Positions 1 through 9,066 of a DNA stretch of 20,554 nucleotides are shown piece after piece. Both the position numbers and the translations under genes were made by a program. Position 1 is the stretch's first letter. Each line of letters starts with the position of its first letter. The notes under the pieces were generated by a model that worked only from the letters and a program-made list of their open reading frames with translations, did not search any database and was not told the origin of the DNA. The stretch lies in assembly GCA_964566495.1 (NCBI GenBank), contig CAZMIT010000022.1:1-20554 (forward strand). Direction: 5' to 3'. The stretch is from an uncultured bacterium. Lineage in GTDB: Bacteria > T1Sed10-126.

Positions 1-212
1 GGATCGTAACCCAGCAAAGCCATGTTAGCCACACCGGAATCGGCCGGGCTTTCCGGCGGTATGTTCTGAAGCCGAAAGGTTCTTCCGGCCTCACAGAGCC
101 GATCAAGGTTTGGTGTCGAAGCGGCCTCCCAGGGGGTCAATCCATTCAAATCTTCCTGGGGCCAATCAGCCATTCCATCGGGAACAACCAGTAGATAACT
201 TGCCTTATTCAC
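1..212 (-). CDS. apgM: ApgM-family cofactor-independent phosphoglycerate mutase / proposed homoserine kinase, N-terminal part (runs off window)
   Basis: Not in the ORF track; translated by hand from GTG at 212 (GTGA overlap with the hom stop): MNKASYLLVVPDGMADWPQEDLNGLTPWEAASTPNLDRLCEAG...PADSGVANMALLGYD. This matches the ApgM N-terminal motifs DGMAD, TPxEAAxTPNLD and SxVANxxLLGYD. Confidence 0.9.
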   Translation of the reverse strand, partial: MNKASYLLVVPDGMADWPQEDLNGLTPWEAASTPNLDRLCEAGRTFRLQNIPPESPADSGVANMALLGYD

Positions 213-1507
213 TGCTGTTCAAAATCCTCTTCAATGCGTAAGAGCTTTGGTTGACGGCCAATAACATCCAGCTGAGCGATTTCGTTGACAGCGGCCTGCA
301 CCGAACCCTCCCGGGCCCGGTGAGTGGTCAGCACAACAGGCACAAACTCGCCGGCCGAACGACCACGCTGCAGAACGGTTTCGATGCTAATCCGATGTTC
401 ACCCAGAATTTTAGTAACCCGGGCCAACACACCGGGCTTATCGGTCGCATGCAGGCGAAGATAGTAGCGGGTCGACAGCTCGGCGGTGGAAATCAAACCG
501 CCAGCGCCGGCGGAATAATAAACCGCCGGCTGGGAGTTAGGCTCCATGGTAGCCAGCGATACAATATCAGAGACAACAGCGCCAGCCGTCGACGGTCCGC
601 CGGCCCCCTTCCCATAAAGCATCGCTGAACCGGTGGGGTCGCTCTGGATATAGACAGCGTTATATTCACAATTTACCGCGGCCAGAGCAGAAGAGCGGGG
701 AATCAAGGTCGGGTGGACGCGAACATCCACCTCATCGCGAATTTTTTTAGCAATACCAAGCAGCTTAATACTGTAGTTTAAACGCTCGGCATCCTCCATA
801 ATACTTGGAGTAATGGAGTTTATGCCCTCCGTGTGAACATTTTCAACCGGAACCGATATCCCGAAAGCAAGCTCAGCGAGCACCGTCATCTTATGGGCGC
901 TGTCCCGGCCCTCCACGTCAGCGGAGGGATCCGCTTCGGCATAACCCTTATTCTGTGCTTCTGTAAGGGCCTCATCGAAAGAGAGACCACGGCGCCCCAT
1001 GCTGGTAAGCATATAATTGGTCGTGCCGTTAATAATACCGTAAATACACTCAAAATCGGCGCCGACCATAGCCTCCCGAACAGTCCGTATTATTGGAATA
1101 CTCCCACCAACAGCCGCTTCAAAGCGAATCCGAGCAGCGCTGTCAGCAGCGTGTTTAAAAATTTCCCGTCCGTAATGGGCAAGCAGCTCCTTGTTGGCGG
1201 TCACCACGTCTATTCCACGGGAGAGAGCCTCTTTGATTAGTTTACGCGCCGGATCAATACCACCAATCAATTCGACAAAAACGTCAAGGTCCGCCTCGGC
1301 CAACATTTCTTCGGTCTCAGTAAAAATCTCCTGTGCCGCCAGATGCTTTTCTGCCTGAGAAGGCAGTGAAGGCTCCGCCACCGCGACCAGCCGGACTTCG
1401 ACACCGGTCCGGCGGGCAAGTTTTTCTTCTTTTTCAACCAGCTGTTTTGCAGTACTATAACCGACGGTGCCAAGCCCGGCGATTCCAACGTTGATCTGTG
1501 TGGTCAT
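209..1507 (-). CDS. hom: Homoserine dehydrogenase with C-terminal ACT domain
   Basis: GLGTVG Rossmann motif, VELIGG, VVTANK, FEAAVGGSIP, GIINGTTNY, GYAEADP, YGKGAG and ACT domain (DKPGVLA). The start is placed at ATG 1507 (MTTQ) rather than the ORF-track 1555. Confidence 0.97.
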   Translation of the reverse strand: MTTQINVGIAGLGTVGYSTAKQLVEKEEKLARRTGVEVRLVAVAEPSLPSQAEKHLAAQEIFTETEEMLAEADLDVFVELIGGIDPARKLIKEALSRGIDVVTANKELLAHYGREIFKHAADSAARIRFEAAVGGSIPIIRTVREAMVGADFECIYGIINGTTNYMLTSMGRRGLSFDEALTEAQNKGYAEADPSADVEGRDSAHKMTVLAELAFGISVPVENVHTEGINSITPSIMEDAERLNYSIKLLGIAKKIRDEVDVRVHPTLIPRSSALAAVNCEYNAVYIQSDPTGSAMLYGKGAGGPSTAGAVVSDIVSLATMEPNSQPAVYYSAGAGGLISTAELSTRYYLRLHATDKPGVLARVTKILGEHRISIETVLQRGRSAGEFVPVVLTTHRAREGSVQAAVNEIAQLDVIGRQPKLLRIEEDFEQQ

Positions 1508-1548
1508 GCTATCAAACTCTTTCGACAGTGTAGATTTAATGAAAAAAT

Positions 1549-2457
1549 TTACCAATCAAAATGTGTGAGTCGAACAAATCTCTGGTACCGCTCGTCAATA
1601 TCCCACTCTTCCAGTTCAAGCAGCGGCCGGACACCAAAATCCTGGACAGTAAAGGAAGCAACTATATTACCGTGGACCAGGGCATGCTTGAGTGCGGTGA
1701 AATCATCACGGTCCCTCTGGGCAAGATAACCCATAAAACCACCGCCGAAACTATCCCCGGCTCCGGTCGGGTCCTGAACCAGGCTGACGGGAAAACCGGG
1801 CAACACGAACTGCCAGTCGTGGCCAACCATGAAGACTCCATGCTCGCCTTTTTTAATTATAACTATCGAAGGACCACGACGGCGCAACTTTTGAGCGGCT
1901 TTAATCAAATTAGCCTCTCCGGTCATCATTTCCGCTTCGGTGGCGTTAAGGAAAAATATATCTATCTGTTCCAGCACCCGATTTAGTGCCTTCGGCTTGC
2001 CGTCAATCCAAAAATTCATGGTATCACAGGCAGTTACCCGGGTATCGTCCATTTGTTCAAGAACGGAAAGCTGGATCTCCGGATCGATATTGCCCAGGAA
2101 AACGTAGGGGGTGTCACGATATGCTTCCGGCAGCTTCGGGTCAAAATCAGCAAAGACGTTTAAATCTGTGCTTTCAGTTTGAGCCTCAAGATCCGACTCG
2201 TAGAACCCCTTCCAGCGAAAAGTATCAGCGCCCTCAACGACATCAAGTCCCTTAAGATCAACGCCCGAGTTTTCCATTGAATCAAGCAGATAACGGTCAA
2301 AATCATCGCCCACCACACCAACCAGATTAACGTCAGCAAAACGACTGGCGGCCAGACTGAAATAGGTGGCGGCGCCACCAGGTTCTTCCTCAACCTCGCC
2401 GTGTGGCGTACGAATTGAATCGAAAGCAAGAGAACCTACAACAAGAACATCAGACAT
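1549..2457 (-). CDS. PfkB/ribokinase-family carbohydrate or nucleoside kinase
   Basis: VGSLAFD, GGAATY, GVVGDDF, NxxEA, KKGEHG and the PfkB signature DPTGAGDSFGGG. Confidence 0.93.
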   Translation of the reverse strand: MSDVLVVGSLAFDSIRTPHGEVEEEPGGAATYFSLAASRFADVNLVGVVGDDFDRYLLDSMENSGVDLKGLDVVEGADTFRWKGFYESDLEAQTESTDLNVFADFDPKLPEAYRDTPYVFLGNIDPEIQLSVLEQMDDTRVTACDTMNFWIDGKPKALNRVLEQIDIFFLNATEAEMMTGEANLIKAAQKLRRRGPSIVIIKKGEHGVFMVGHDWQFVLPGFPVSLVQDPTGAGDSFGGGFMGYLAQRDRDDFTALKHALVHGNIVASFTVQDFGVRPLLELEEWDIDERYQRFVRLTHFDW

Positions 2458-2577
2458 ATTTCAACAACTCCATTTTACTTGATTTCGGGGTGGACAAATT
2501 TAAAAAGTAAGTTCTGGTGGGGGGGACAGTATTTCAGCCAACCATAAAGCTGCAACCGCCCGCTCTCCAAGTCGTTT

Positions 2578-3306
2578 CTAATTTTCGACAATACTTATCC
2601 AGTAGCTATCAATTTCACCATCCTCAATCATTTCTTCAGCAAAATCTTCAGCCTGCGAGCGGGTCGGGAATTCACCGACACGGACCCTGTGCCAGTCGTC
2701 CCCTTCAATGGTTGTTTCTTCGATCACCGCCGGATAGCCGGCAGCTTCCAGGCGCTCCCGCTCATGTTCGGCGGACTCCCTGTTCTCACTGGAGGCTACC
2801 TGTATAGTATAAAATTCTTCCTCGAGCTCAGGTTCATCAATTTCCGGCGGCGACGGGGTGTCGGGATCCACTTCTACCTCCGGCTCGTCCGGCTCGGTCG
2901 GTTCGGGCTCTTCTTCGGTAACAAGCCCCGGTTCCATCTCCCTTTCCACGGGTTCAACATCTTCCACCGGCGTCTCCTCATCAACCAGCAAAGCAGGCTC
3001 ATCCTCAAGGAGTTCTACCTCTTCCTCGGGAATTTCCGGATCAGCTTCAAACTCAGGTTGATCAAAATCAAAATCCTCGAAATCTATCTCTTCATCCTCA
3101 AGCAGGGCAGCCAGTTCCTCCTCGGGGAGTTCCGGTCTTTCCTCAACTGCCACCTCCGTTCCCTCTTCAAACCCCCAGTTGTATCCAACATAAAACCCGG
3201 CACCGAAAAAGACAACCAAAAAAATGGCGACTCCGGTCAAAGCCCAACCGAGGGCGGTGGAACTTAACGTCCAGGCCTCACTATCGCGGCGACTATATTT
3301 TGGCAT
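2578..3306 (-). CDS. SPOR-domain cell division protein (FtsN/DedD-like)
   Basis: Short cytoplasmic tail, one TM helix, an acidic Glu/Pro-rich linker and a C-terminal SPOR domain (YTIQVAS...WHRVRVGEF..R..A). RBS AAGGAG upstream. Confidence 0.9.
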   Translation of the reverse strand: MPKYSRRDSEAWTLSSTALGWALTGVAIFLVVFFGAGFYVGYNWGFEEGTEVAVEERPELPEEELAALLEDEEIDFEDFDFDQPEFEADPEIPEEEVELLEDEPALLVDEETPVEDVEPVEREMEPGLVTEEEPEPTEPDEPEVEVDPDTPSPPEIDEPELEEEFYTIQVASSENRESAEHERERLEAAGYPAVIEETTIEGDDWHRVRVGEFPTRSQAEDFAEEMIEDGEIDSYWISIVEN

Positions 3307-3308
3307 TG

Positions 3309-4205
3309 CTAACCACTCCTTTCAGAATCTACAACTAAATTAATCAATTCGTCTGCTTTGTCAAGATTTTTCTCCATTTTTTCAAGAAGCATTTCGGTAT
3401 CTTCCTCGTCTATATCCAGGGCCTGCCAGACTTCCTCCTGGAAATTCGGAGTTGCACTATCTCCGGACCAGCCAACGTCTTTCACCCGCGCCATAACGTC
3501 ACCGACATGAATAAACAGGGGCAACTGGCGGTATTCTTCCGGAGCCTTTAGGGGCGAGCGATAATACCTTATCCCATTAACTATATTTTCGGGCAAATTC
3601 CACTTTTTTGTTAGCCAGGCTCCAATTTCGGGGTGACCGGTTCCCAGAGTTTCCAGCTCCGCCTCATACAGTGAACACTGTTCCTGTTCAGCATAAGAAA
3701 GAATTTTTCGAAGCTCGCCCGGGGCCGAGAGATCGAGCAACATCTTGCCTATATTGTGAAGAATCCCGGAGACCAGGACTTCTTCCGGGTTTGGATAGCG
3801 ATCCCAGCGAGCGACTATTTCGGCACCTATACCGGTGGCAATAGAATGTTTCCAGAGCCCAACCATGTCAAAACCGGGAACGCTCTTAGAACCAAACACA
3901 TCCAGCACGGAAGCACTAAGGGCCAGACTTTTAATAGCGTCAAACCCAAGTATAACAACCGCTTCAGTAACGGTCGAAATTTCCCGGGAGAAGCCATAAA
4001 AGGCGCTGTTTACAATTTTTAACACCTTAGCGGTGAGCGAAGGATCCTGTGTAATCACCCGGTTAACATCCTGGGCAGTAGTCTCGGGGTCCTCGACCAG
4101 ACTGACCAGCCGGGTAACGACTACGGGGAGTGTCGGCAAGTTACTAACATTGCCAAACAACTCCTGAAAATACTGTTCATCAAATGTTCCCTTTGGATCA
4201 GTCAC
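3309..4205 (-). CDS. Stand-alone HDOD-domain signal transduction protein
   Basis: LPTLP, QDPSLTAKVLKIVNSAFYG, EAVVILG, WKHS, GILHNIGK, H.EIGAWL..KWNLP. Confidence 0.93.
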   Translation of the reverse strand: MTDPKGTFDEQYFQELFGNVSNLPTLPVVVTRLVSLVEDPETTAQDVNRVITQDPSLTAKVLKIVNSAFYGFSREISTVTEAVVILGFDAIKSLALSASVLDVFGSKSVPGFDMVGLWKHSIATGIGAEIVARWDRYPNPEEVLVSGILHNIGKMLLDLSAPGELRKILSYAEQEQCSLYEAELETLGTGHPEIGAWLTKKWNLPENIVNGIRYYRSPLKAPEEYRQLPLFIHVGDVMARVKDVGWSGDSATPNFQEEVWQALDIDEEDTEMLLEKMEKNLDKADELINLVVDSERSG

Positions 4206-4229
4206 TTCATTTCAACACCTTTGATAAAT

Positions 4230-4841
4230 TCAACCGGATTCGGCGGCGTCAAATAGCTCACCGCCCGGTTGTAGTTTACGAGCAACCTCTTCGGCTTTAC
4301 GCTGCAGATGACTTAAACTGCCGCTATTATCTACTATCTCGTCGGCCCGCTCAGCTTTTTCTTGGCCCGACAACTGGCGTTTGCGGCGCCGTTCCAGTTC
4401 GGAATCGGAAAGCCGGACACGTTTGTTTACGACTGCTTCCGGAGCAGTCACACAGATTGTCCAATGGCAGAGCCTATCCACCTGCGCTTCGAAAAGCAAG
4501 GGCGCATCGATAACGTAAAAACTCTCCCGGGGTTTAGAAACAATTTGCTTTATTTTTTTATAGACCAGCGGATGAATGATACTTTCCAACCGTTTTAGCT
4601 TATCCGGGTTAGAAAAAACTTCCTCGCCCAGCAAGCGGGGATCAATATAGCCCTCCTCGTCGGTAATATAGGTGCCAAATTCATCGACGACTGAATCATA
4701 AGCCTCGTGGCCGGGCATCATAAGTTCATGCGCCATCTTATCGGCGTCGAGATGCCGTCCTCCCTGCTCGGTTAGAAATTTACTGAAAGTGGTTTTACCG
4801 GCACCTATCGGGCCGGTCACGCCAACAACTGGTGTAGACAT
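4230..4841 (-). CDS. coaE: Dephospho-CoA kinase
   Basis: P-loop GVTGPIGAGKT, DAD, LESIIHP, DAPLLFE, DNSG; lies directly downstream of polA. Start placed at ATG 4841 behind a GAGGGG RBS. Confidence 0.95.
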   Translation of the reverse strand: MSTPVVGVTGPIGAGKTTFSKFLTEQGGRHLDADKMAHELMMPGHEAYDSVVDEFGTYITDEEGYIDPRLLGEEVFSNPDKLKRLESIIHPLVYKKIKQIVSKPRESFYVIDAPLLFEAQVDRLCHWTICVTAPEAVVNKRVRLSDSELERRRKRQLSGQEKAERADEIVDNSGSLSHLQRKAEEVARKLQPGGELFDAAESG

Positions 4842-4935
4842 TTTCTTGCCCCCTCGAGTCAACTTTCCAGTTCCACAAAAATTAGTTCCTGCTTAACTAA
4901 TTATAACTGATCTAATCAGCTAATATAAGGCCCGC

Positions 4936-7900
4936 TTATTTGCTCACTTCAGCCCAGTTTGCTCCCACTTTAATTTCAACCGCCAGCGGAACATCCAGTT
5001 CGACCGCCTCACACATCCTCTTCTCAACAGTAGCACTAACTTCCTGAACCTGAGCCAACTCCGCCTCAAGCAACAGCTCATCGTGGATTTGCAGCAGCAT
5101 GTTATGATCATATTCGGTAAGTGGCGCTGCAAGCTCAATCGTTGCTTTTTTAATCAGATCGGCAGCTGTTCCCTGGATCGGAGCGTTTATGGCGCTGCGG
5201 CGAGCAAACTGGCGCCGGAAATAATCATCACTGTTAATTTCGGGGACATAGCGACGACGACCGTATAAAGTTTTAACGTACCCATTTTCACGGGCCTGAT
5301 CGGTAACCTCTTCAATATATCGTTTAACTCCAGAATAACGACTGAAATACTTCTCAATATATTCCTCGGCCTCTTTTTGTGAAACATTTAAATCCCGAGC
5401 CAGGCCGTATTCACTTAACCCGTAAGCAATGCCAAAATTAACAACTTTAGCCGTTCGGCGGTCAGTCTCATCTACTTCTTCAACTGTCTTGTCGGACAAT
5501 TCTGCTGCAGTTAAACGATGGACGTCACGGCCCTCTCTGAAAGCATCTACCAGAGTTTCGTCGCCAGAAAAATGAGCCAGCAGGCGCAGCTCCACCTGCG
5601 AGTAATCAGCCGCGACAAACAGATAGTTGGACTGTGAGGGGACAAAAGCCTCGCGTACACGACGACCAAACTCCTCCCGGACCGGGATATTCTGGAGGTT
5701 AGGGTTACTGCTGGAAAGCCGACCCGTAGCCGTTACCGTCTGGTTAAACTCTGTGTGCAGCCGGCCAGTCTCTTTGTTAACCGCTCTGACAAGAGGCAGC
5801 AGATAAGTCGACTCAATTTTCTCGTATTTACGGTATTCAAGCAGGATATCAACCAATTCGTGTTCACCCTGCAATTCTTTCAGCACGTCTACATCGGTAC
5901 TGTATTCTCCGCTATCAGTACGTCCCTGAGGTGTTAAATCCAATTTTTCAAAAAGGATTGACCTGAGCTGTTTCTGACTGTTCAGGTTAAATTCCCCTCC
6001 CACCTGTCTGAAAAAATCCTGCAGATCTTGCGGCTCATTAAGATTATAAATTTCCCGCAGCCGGGCGAGGACTTCTGTCTCAATTGTTTCAAACTTTTCT
6101 TCGCTCTCGGCATCACGTGCTGCCAGAATTAACTCCAGTATCTGGCAACCGGTTTGCTGTAAGCCAGCGGTGGCGTGGTTATTATTGTCTGGGGACCGCG
6201 AATATTCTTGCGATTGACTCTGCAACCGGTGCCGGAGTTTTTCCAGGACTCCTTTAGCCGTGCTGGGCTTCCCGCTAGCGGTCTCCTTCAGGACCGGAAG
6301 GTCCAACTTCTCAAATAACAGGTAGCGGAGCTGAGTGGGGCTATTCAAATTAAACTCGCCGCCGACTAATTCGATAAGCTCTCTTAAAGAGTCCAGCTCT
6401 TCCGGCTCAAATAATTCAACAACAATTTTGAAAGCTTTTTCTTCAAGTGTCGCCATGATTTCAACGAGCTCATCAGAAATATTTTCCAGGTGCTCAGTAT
6501 TTATTTTGACACCATTGTGTTCCATCAGAGCCAGTTCCCGGCTAAGCGGTTGCTCCAGGTCATCAAGTATTTGCCGCTGATCATCCTCCTGGAGTCGTTC
6601 AGTTATCGCTCTGCCGGCTTGCAACAGCCGGGCAAAAAGAGTGCCGCGCCATTTCAACCACTTCTCTCCCTTTTTCTGTTCCGGCTCAGTTTCCCCAACC
6701 CCGACCTGGCGGCGGACTACATCCTCCAAATTATGACCGGCTTCGGGAGAAAGCAAATAGGAAGCCAGTTTAAGATCCATGGGCTGCGCCACTAAAGACG
6801 GCTGCAGCCCAAGTTTATAGCCCAGTGCATAGTATTTTTTTAAGCCAAAAAAATAACAGAACACCTCATTTAAAATCTTTTCTGCCTGTTCAAATAGCTG
6901 CCGCCCGCTTGTCCCTTCAACTGCGGTAGCAATCACCCGACTGTCACGGACGAGCATCAGGTAAATAGTTTCAGCAGCGACAATTTTGGTTTCAGCAGCG
7001 TCAGTTTCAATAAAAATCCCTTCAAAATCTTCAGCCCTGAGATGCTTCGCCAGGTCAGCCGCCGGAACAAACTCAAAATCTATCTCAAGTTCCGCCGTAC
7101 TTTTCTCTTTGCCTCGAAACATCCCCTTAATCTCCCGGAGAACAGAATTTAACTCCAGCTCGGCACAAAAATCCACTAAATTCGAGATATTTTCCGGCTC
7201 AAAACGACAATCTTCTAAATCAAAATCTATCTCACAATCCGAACGTAATTTTACCAGCTCAAAGCTCTCCCGGAGTTGTTCTTTTTCCTGGCGGATTTTT
7301 TTACCGAGATGGCCTTCAATTCTTTCTGAGTTTTCCAGTATTTCTTCAACATCAGCGTATTCTTCCAGTAATTTGACAGCGTAAGCGTCGCCTATACCAG
7401 CAACGCCGGGCACATTGTCCGCCGAATCTCCTGTCAAGGCAAGATAATCGGGCACACGCTGTGGCACAACGCCCAGTTCCTGCTCCACCTCCTTTGCATC
7501 CAGCAGCTTAACATCGGTCAGACCGCGGCTCTGTTTAAGCACTGAAACTTTCTCCGAGACCAGCTGAAAGAGGTCCTTGTCGTTACTGACTATAACTATT
7601 TCGCGATCCTCCAAACGCTTCCACTTTTTGACGAGCCCGGCAATTAAATCATCACTTTCGAGCCCTGGTTCAAGCAAAACAGGAACTTCGAGTAGTTCAA
7701 ATATTTCCTTGATCCGACTAATTTGTGAACGAAGGTCATCGGGCATATCAGGGCGATTAGCCTTGTAATCTTCGAAAAACTCGTGGCGAAAAGTGGGCTC
7801 TTTAGAATCGAGAGCACAAACCAGGTAATCCGGCTCATATTCTTTCTGCAGCCGGATTAAGAACCTCAGCAGGCCAAACACGGCTCCTGTAGGTCGGCCG

Positions 7901-7989
7901 CTGGAATCCTTTAACCCGGCACTTTTCATGGCGTGATAACTGCGATAAATCAAATAGTGTCCGTCAAGGATGAAAATACGTTCGTCCAT
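4936..7989 (-). CDS. polA: DNA polymerase I (5'-3' exonuclease, degenerate 3'-5' exonuclease, family A polymerase with duplicated thumb segment)
   Basis: LDG..LIYR, YKANR, ESDD, NDKD, GDSADN.PGV.GIG; TGRLSSSNPNLQNIP, motif A DYSQVELR, motif B R..AK.VNFGIAYG, motif C QIHDEL. RBS AAGGAG. Confidence 0.98.
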   Translation of the reverse strand: MDERIFILDGHYLIYRSYHAMKSAGLKDSSGRPTGAVFGLLRFLIRLQKEYEPDYLVCALDSKEPTFRHEFFEDYKANRPDMPDDLRSQISRIKEIFELLEVPVLLEPGLESDDLIAGLVKKWKRLEDREIVIVSNDKDLFQLVSEKVSVLKQSRGLTDVKLLDAKEVEQELGVVPQRVPDYLALTGDSADNVPGVAGIGDAYAVKLLEEYADVEEILENSERIEGHLGKKIRQEKEQLRESFELVKLRSDCEIDFDLEDCRFEPENISNLVDFCAELELNSVLREIKGMFRGKEKSTAELEIDFEFVPAADLAKHLRAEDFEGIFIETDAAETKIVAAETIYLMLVRDSRVIATAVEGTSGRQLFEQAEKILNEVFCYFFGLKKYYALGYKLGLQPSLVAQPMDLKLASYLLSPEAGHNLEDVVRRQVGVGETEPEQKKGEKWLKWRGTLFARLLQAGRAITERLQEDDQRQILDDLEQPLSRELALMEHNGVKINTEHLENISDELVEIMATLEEKAFKIVVELFEPEELDSLRELIELVGGEFNLNSPTQLRYLLFEKLDLPVLKETASGKPSTAKGVLEKLRHRLQSQSQEYSRSPDNNNHATAGLQQTGCQILELILAARDAESEEKFETIETEVLARLREIYNLNEPQDLQDFFRQVGGEFNLNSQKQLRSILFEKLDLTPQGRTDSGEYSTDVDVLKELQGEHELVDILLEYRKYEKIESTYLLPLVRAVNKETGRLHTEFNQTVTATGRLSSSNPNLQNIPVREEFGRRVREAFVPSQSNYLFVAADYSQVELRLLAHFSGDETLVDAFREGRDVHRLTAAELSDKTVEEVDETDRRTAKVVNFGIAYGLSEYGLARDLNVSQKEAEEYIEKYFSRYSGVKRYIEEVTDQARENGYVKTLYGRRRYVPEINSDDYFRRQFARRSAINAPIQGTAADLIKKATIELAAPLTEYDHNMLLQIHDELLLEAELAQVQEVSATVEKRMCEAVELDVPLAVEIKVGANWAEVSK

Positions 7990-8014
7990 TGCTGGCTCCT
8001 TTCAAAATTCCGCC

Positions 8015-8521
8015 TTATTTTAAGTCTTCTATTAGCTGGCTTATGCATTTTTCTACGCTCTGCAGACGTATTTCTGAGCGAGAACCGGAAAAATTGTTTT
8101 CAATTACCCGCACGTCTGATTTAACCCGGGACCCTGTATAAACAAGCCCCACCGGTTTATCGGGGCTGCCGCCCCCCGGACCAGCTATCCCGGTTACAGC
8201 CAGACTCACGTCCGAACGAATTTTTTCACTCACGCCGGCTGCCATCTGGGCGCAGATTTTATTACTAACCGCCCCCCGCTCGCGCAGAACAGATTTTTCG
8301 ACTCCTAACAAATTCACTTTAACCCGGTTCGAATAGGCAATTACACCGCCACGAAAGCAGGCGGAACTGCCCGGTTGTGCTGTTAGAGCTCCACCTAAAA
8401 GTCCGCCTGTACAGGACTCGGCGACAGCTACGGTCAGGTCTGTTCGCTCCAGGAGATGAAATAGCCGATCAACTAACTCTTTAACTTGGGGGTCAAAAAT
8501 TAGCTCCTCCCGGCCCGTCAT
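8015..8521 (-). CDS. pncC: CinA C-terminal domain protein / NMN amidohydrolase (PncC family)
   Basis: AVAESCTGG, GSS..F.GG.IAYSN..K, GAVS, TGIAGPGGG...KPVGLV. ATGA overlap with the upstream gene. Confidence 0.9.
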   Translation of the reverse strand: MTGREELIFDPQVKELVDRLFHLLERTDLTVAVAESCTGGLLGGALTAQPGSSACFRGGVIAYSNRVKVNLLGVEKSVLRERGAVSNKICAQMAAGVSEKIRSDVSLAVTGIAGPGGGSPDKPVGLVYTGSRVKSDVRVIENNFSGSRSEIRLQSVEKCISQLIEDLK

Positions 8522-9066
8522 TCCCCGGTTCCCCCGGGAACGACCGCCGCTTCTTCCCGGTCAGCCTGGTAAATTGTCAGGCGGCTGCCCCCATATTCCC
8601 GATCACGCATCAGAAATAGGCTTTCATTTTTGTCTTGTCCGTAACTACGGTCAAGCTCAAGCCTGTAGTTGGCAAGTGAAGAGGTTTCCACAGCTACTAT
8701 AGCACGTTCCCTGAGCCACTCTGCGCCAGCAACCAGTGGAAGCACACGCTGAGCATAATCCGTCTGATAGGGCGGATCCATGAATACAACGTCCACCGGC
8801 TCTGGTGGGCCACCTTCGGTTAAAAAATCGATCACGTCGCTCTGAATCCAATTTATCTCCTCTGTCCGGGTCACCGGCGGGGAGCTTATAATATCTACTC
8901 CATAAGCACAACGAGCCCCCTCATCGACGAGCGCCTGACTGACACATCCACTGCCGGCGAAAAGATCCAGGACAACAAGATCTTTGATAACGGGCCTCAA
9001 AATGTCACAAACGGCCTTAACAACAACGGCCTTAGTTTTCTTTACCTGAGGGCTTTCAGACACCAT
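8518..9066 (-). CDS. rsmD: RsmD-family SAM-dependent methyltransferase (N-terminally short)
   Basis: LDLFAGSG, DVVFMDPPY and the C-terminal R.YG.S.L..Y pattern. Confidence 0.75.
   Translation of the reverse strand: MVSESPQVKKTKAVVVKAVCDILRPVIKDLVVLDLFAGSGCVSQALVDEGARCAYGVDIISSPPVTRTEEINWIQSDVIDFLTEGGPPEPVDVVFMDPPYQTDYAQRVLPLVAGAEWLRERAIVAVETSSLANYRLELDRSYGQDKNESLFLMRDREYGGSRLTIYQADREEAAVVPGGTGE

Noticed and set aside
2458..2577. G-rich intergenic stretch as an ncRNA or promoter
   Set aside because: Only weak pairing and a poor -35/-10 match; no recognisable RNA family.
6004..6234. PolA insertion as an intein
   Set aside because: No N-terminal Cys/Ser block with a C-terminal His-Asn and no LAGLIDADG motif; it is better explained as part of the thumb duplication.
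251..8124. Numerous short plus-strand and alternate-frame ORFs
   Set aside because: They overlap well-supported minus-strand genes and have low-complexity, shadow-like composition.
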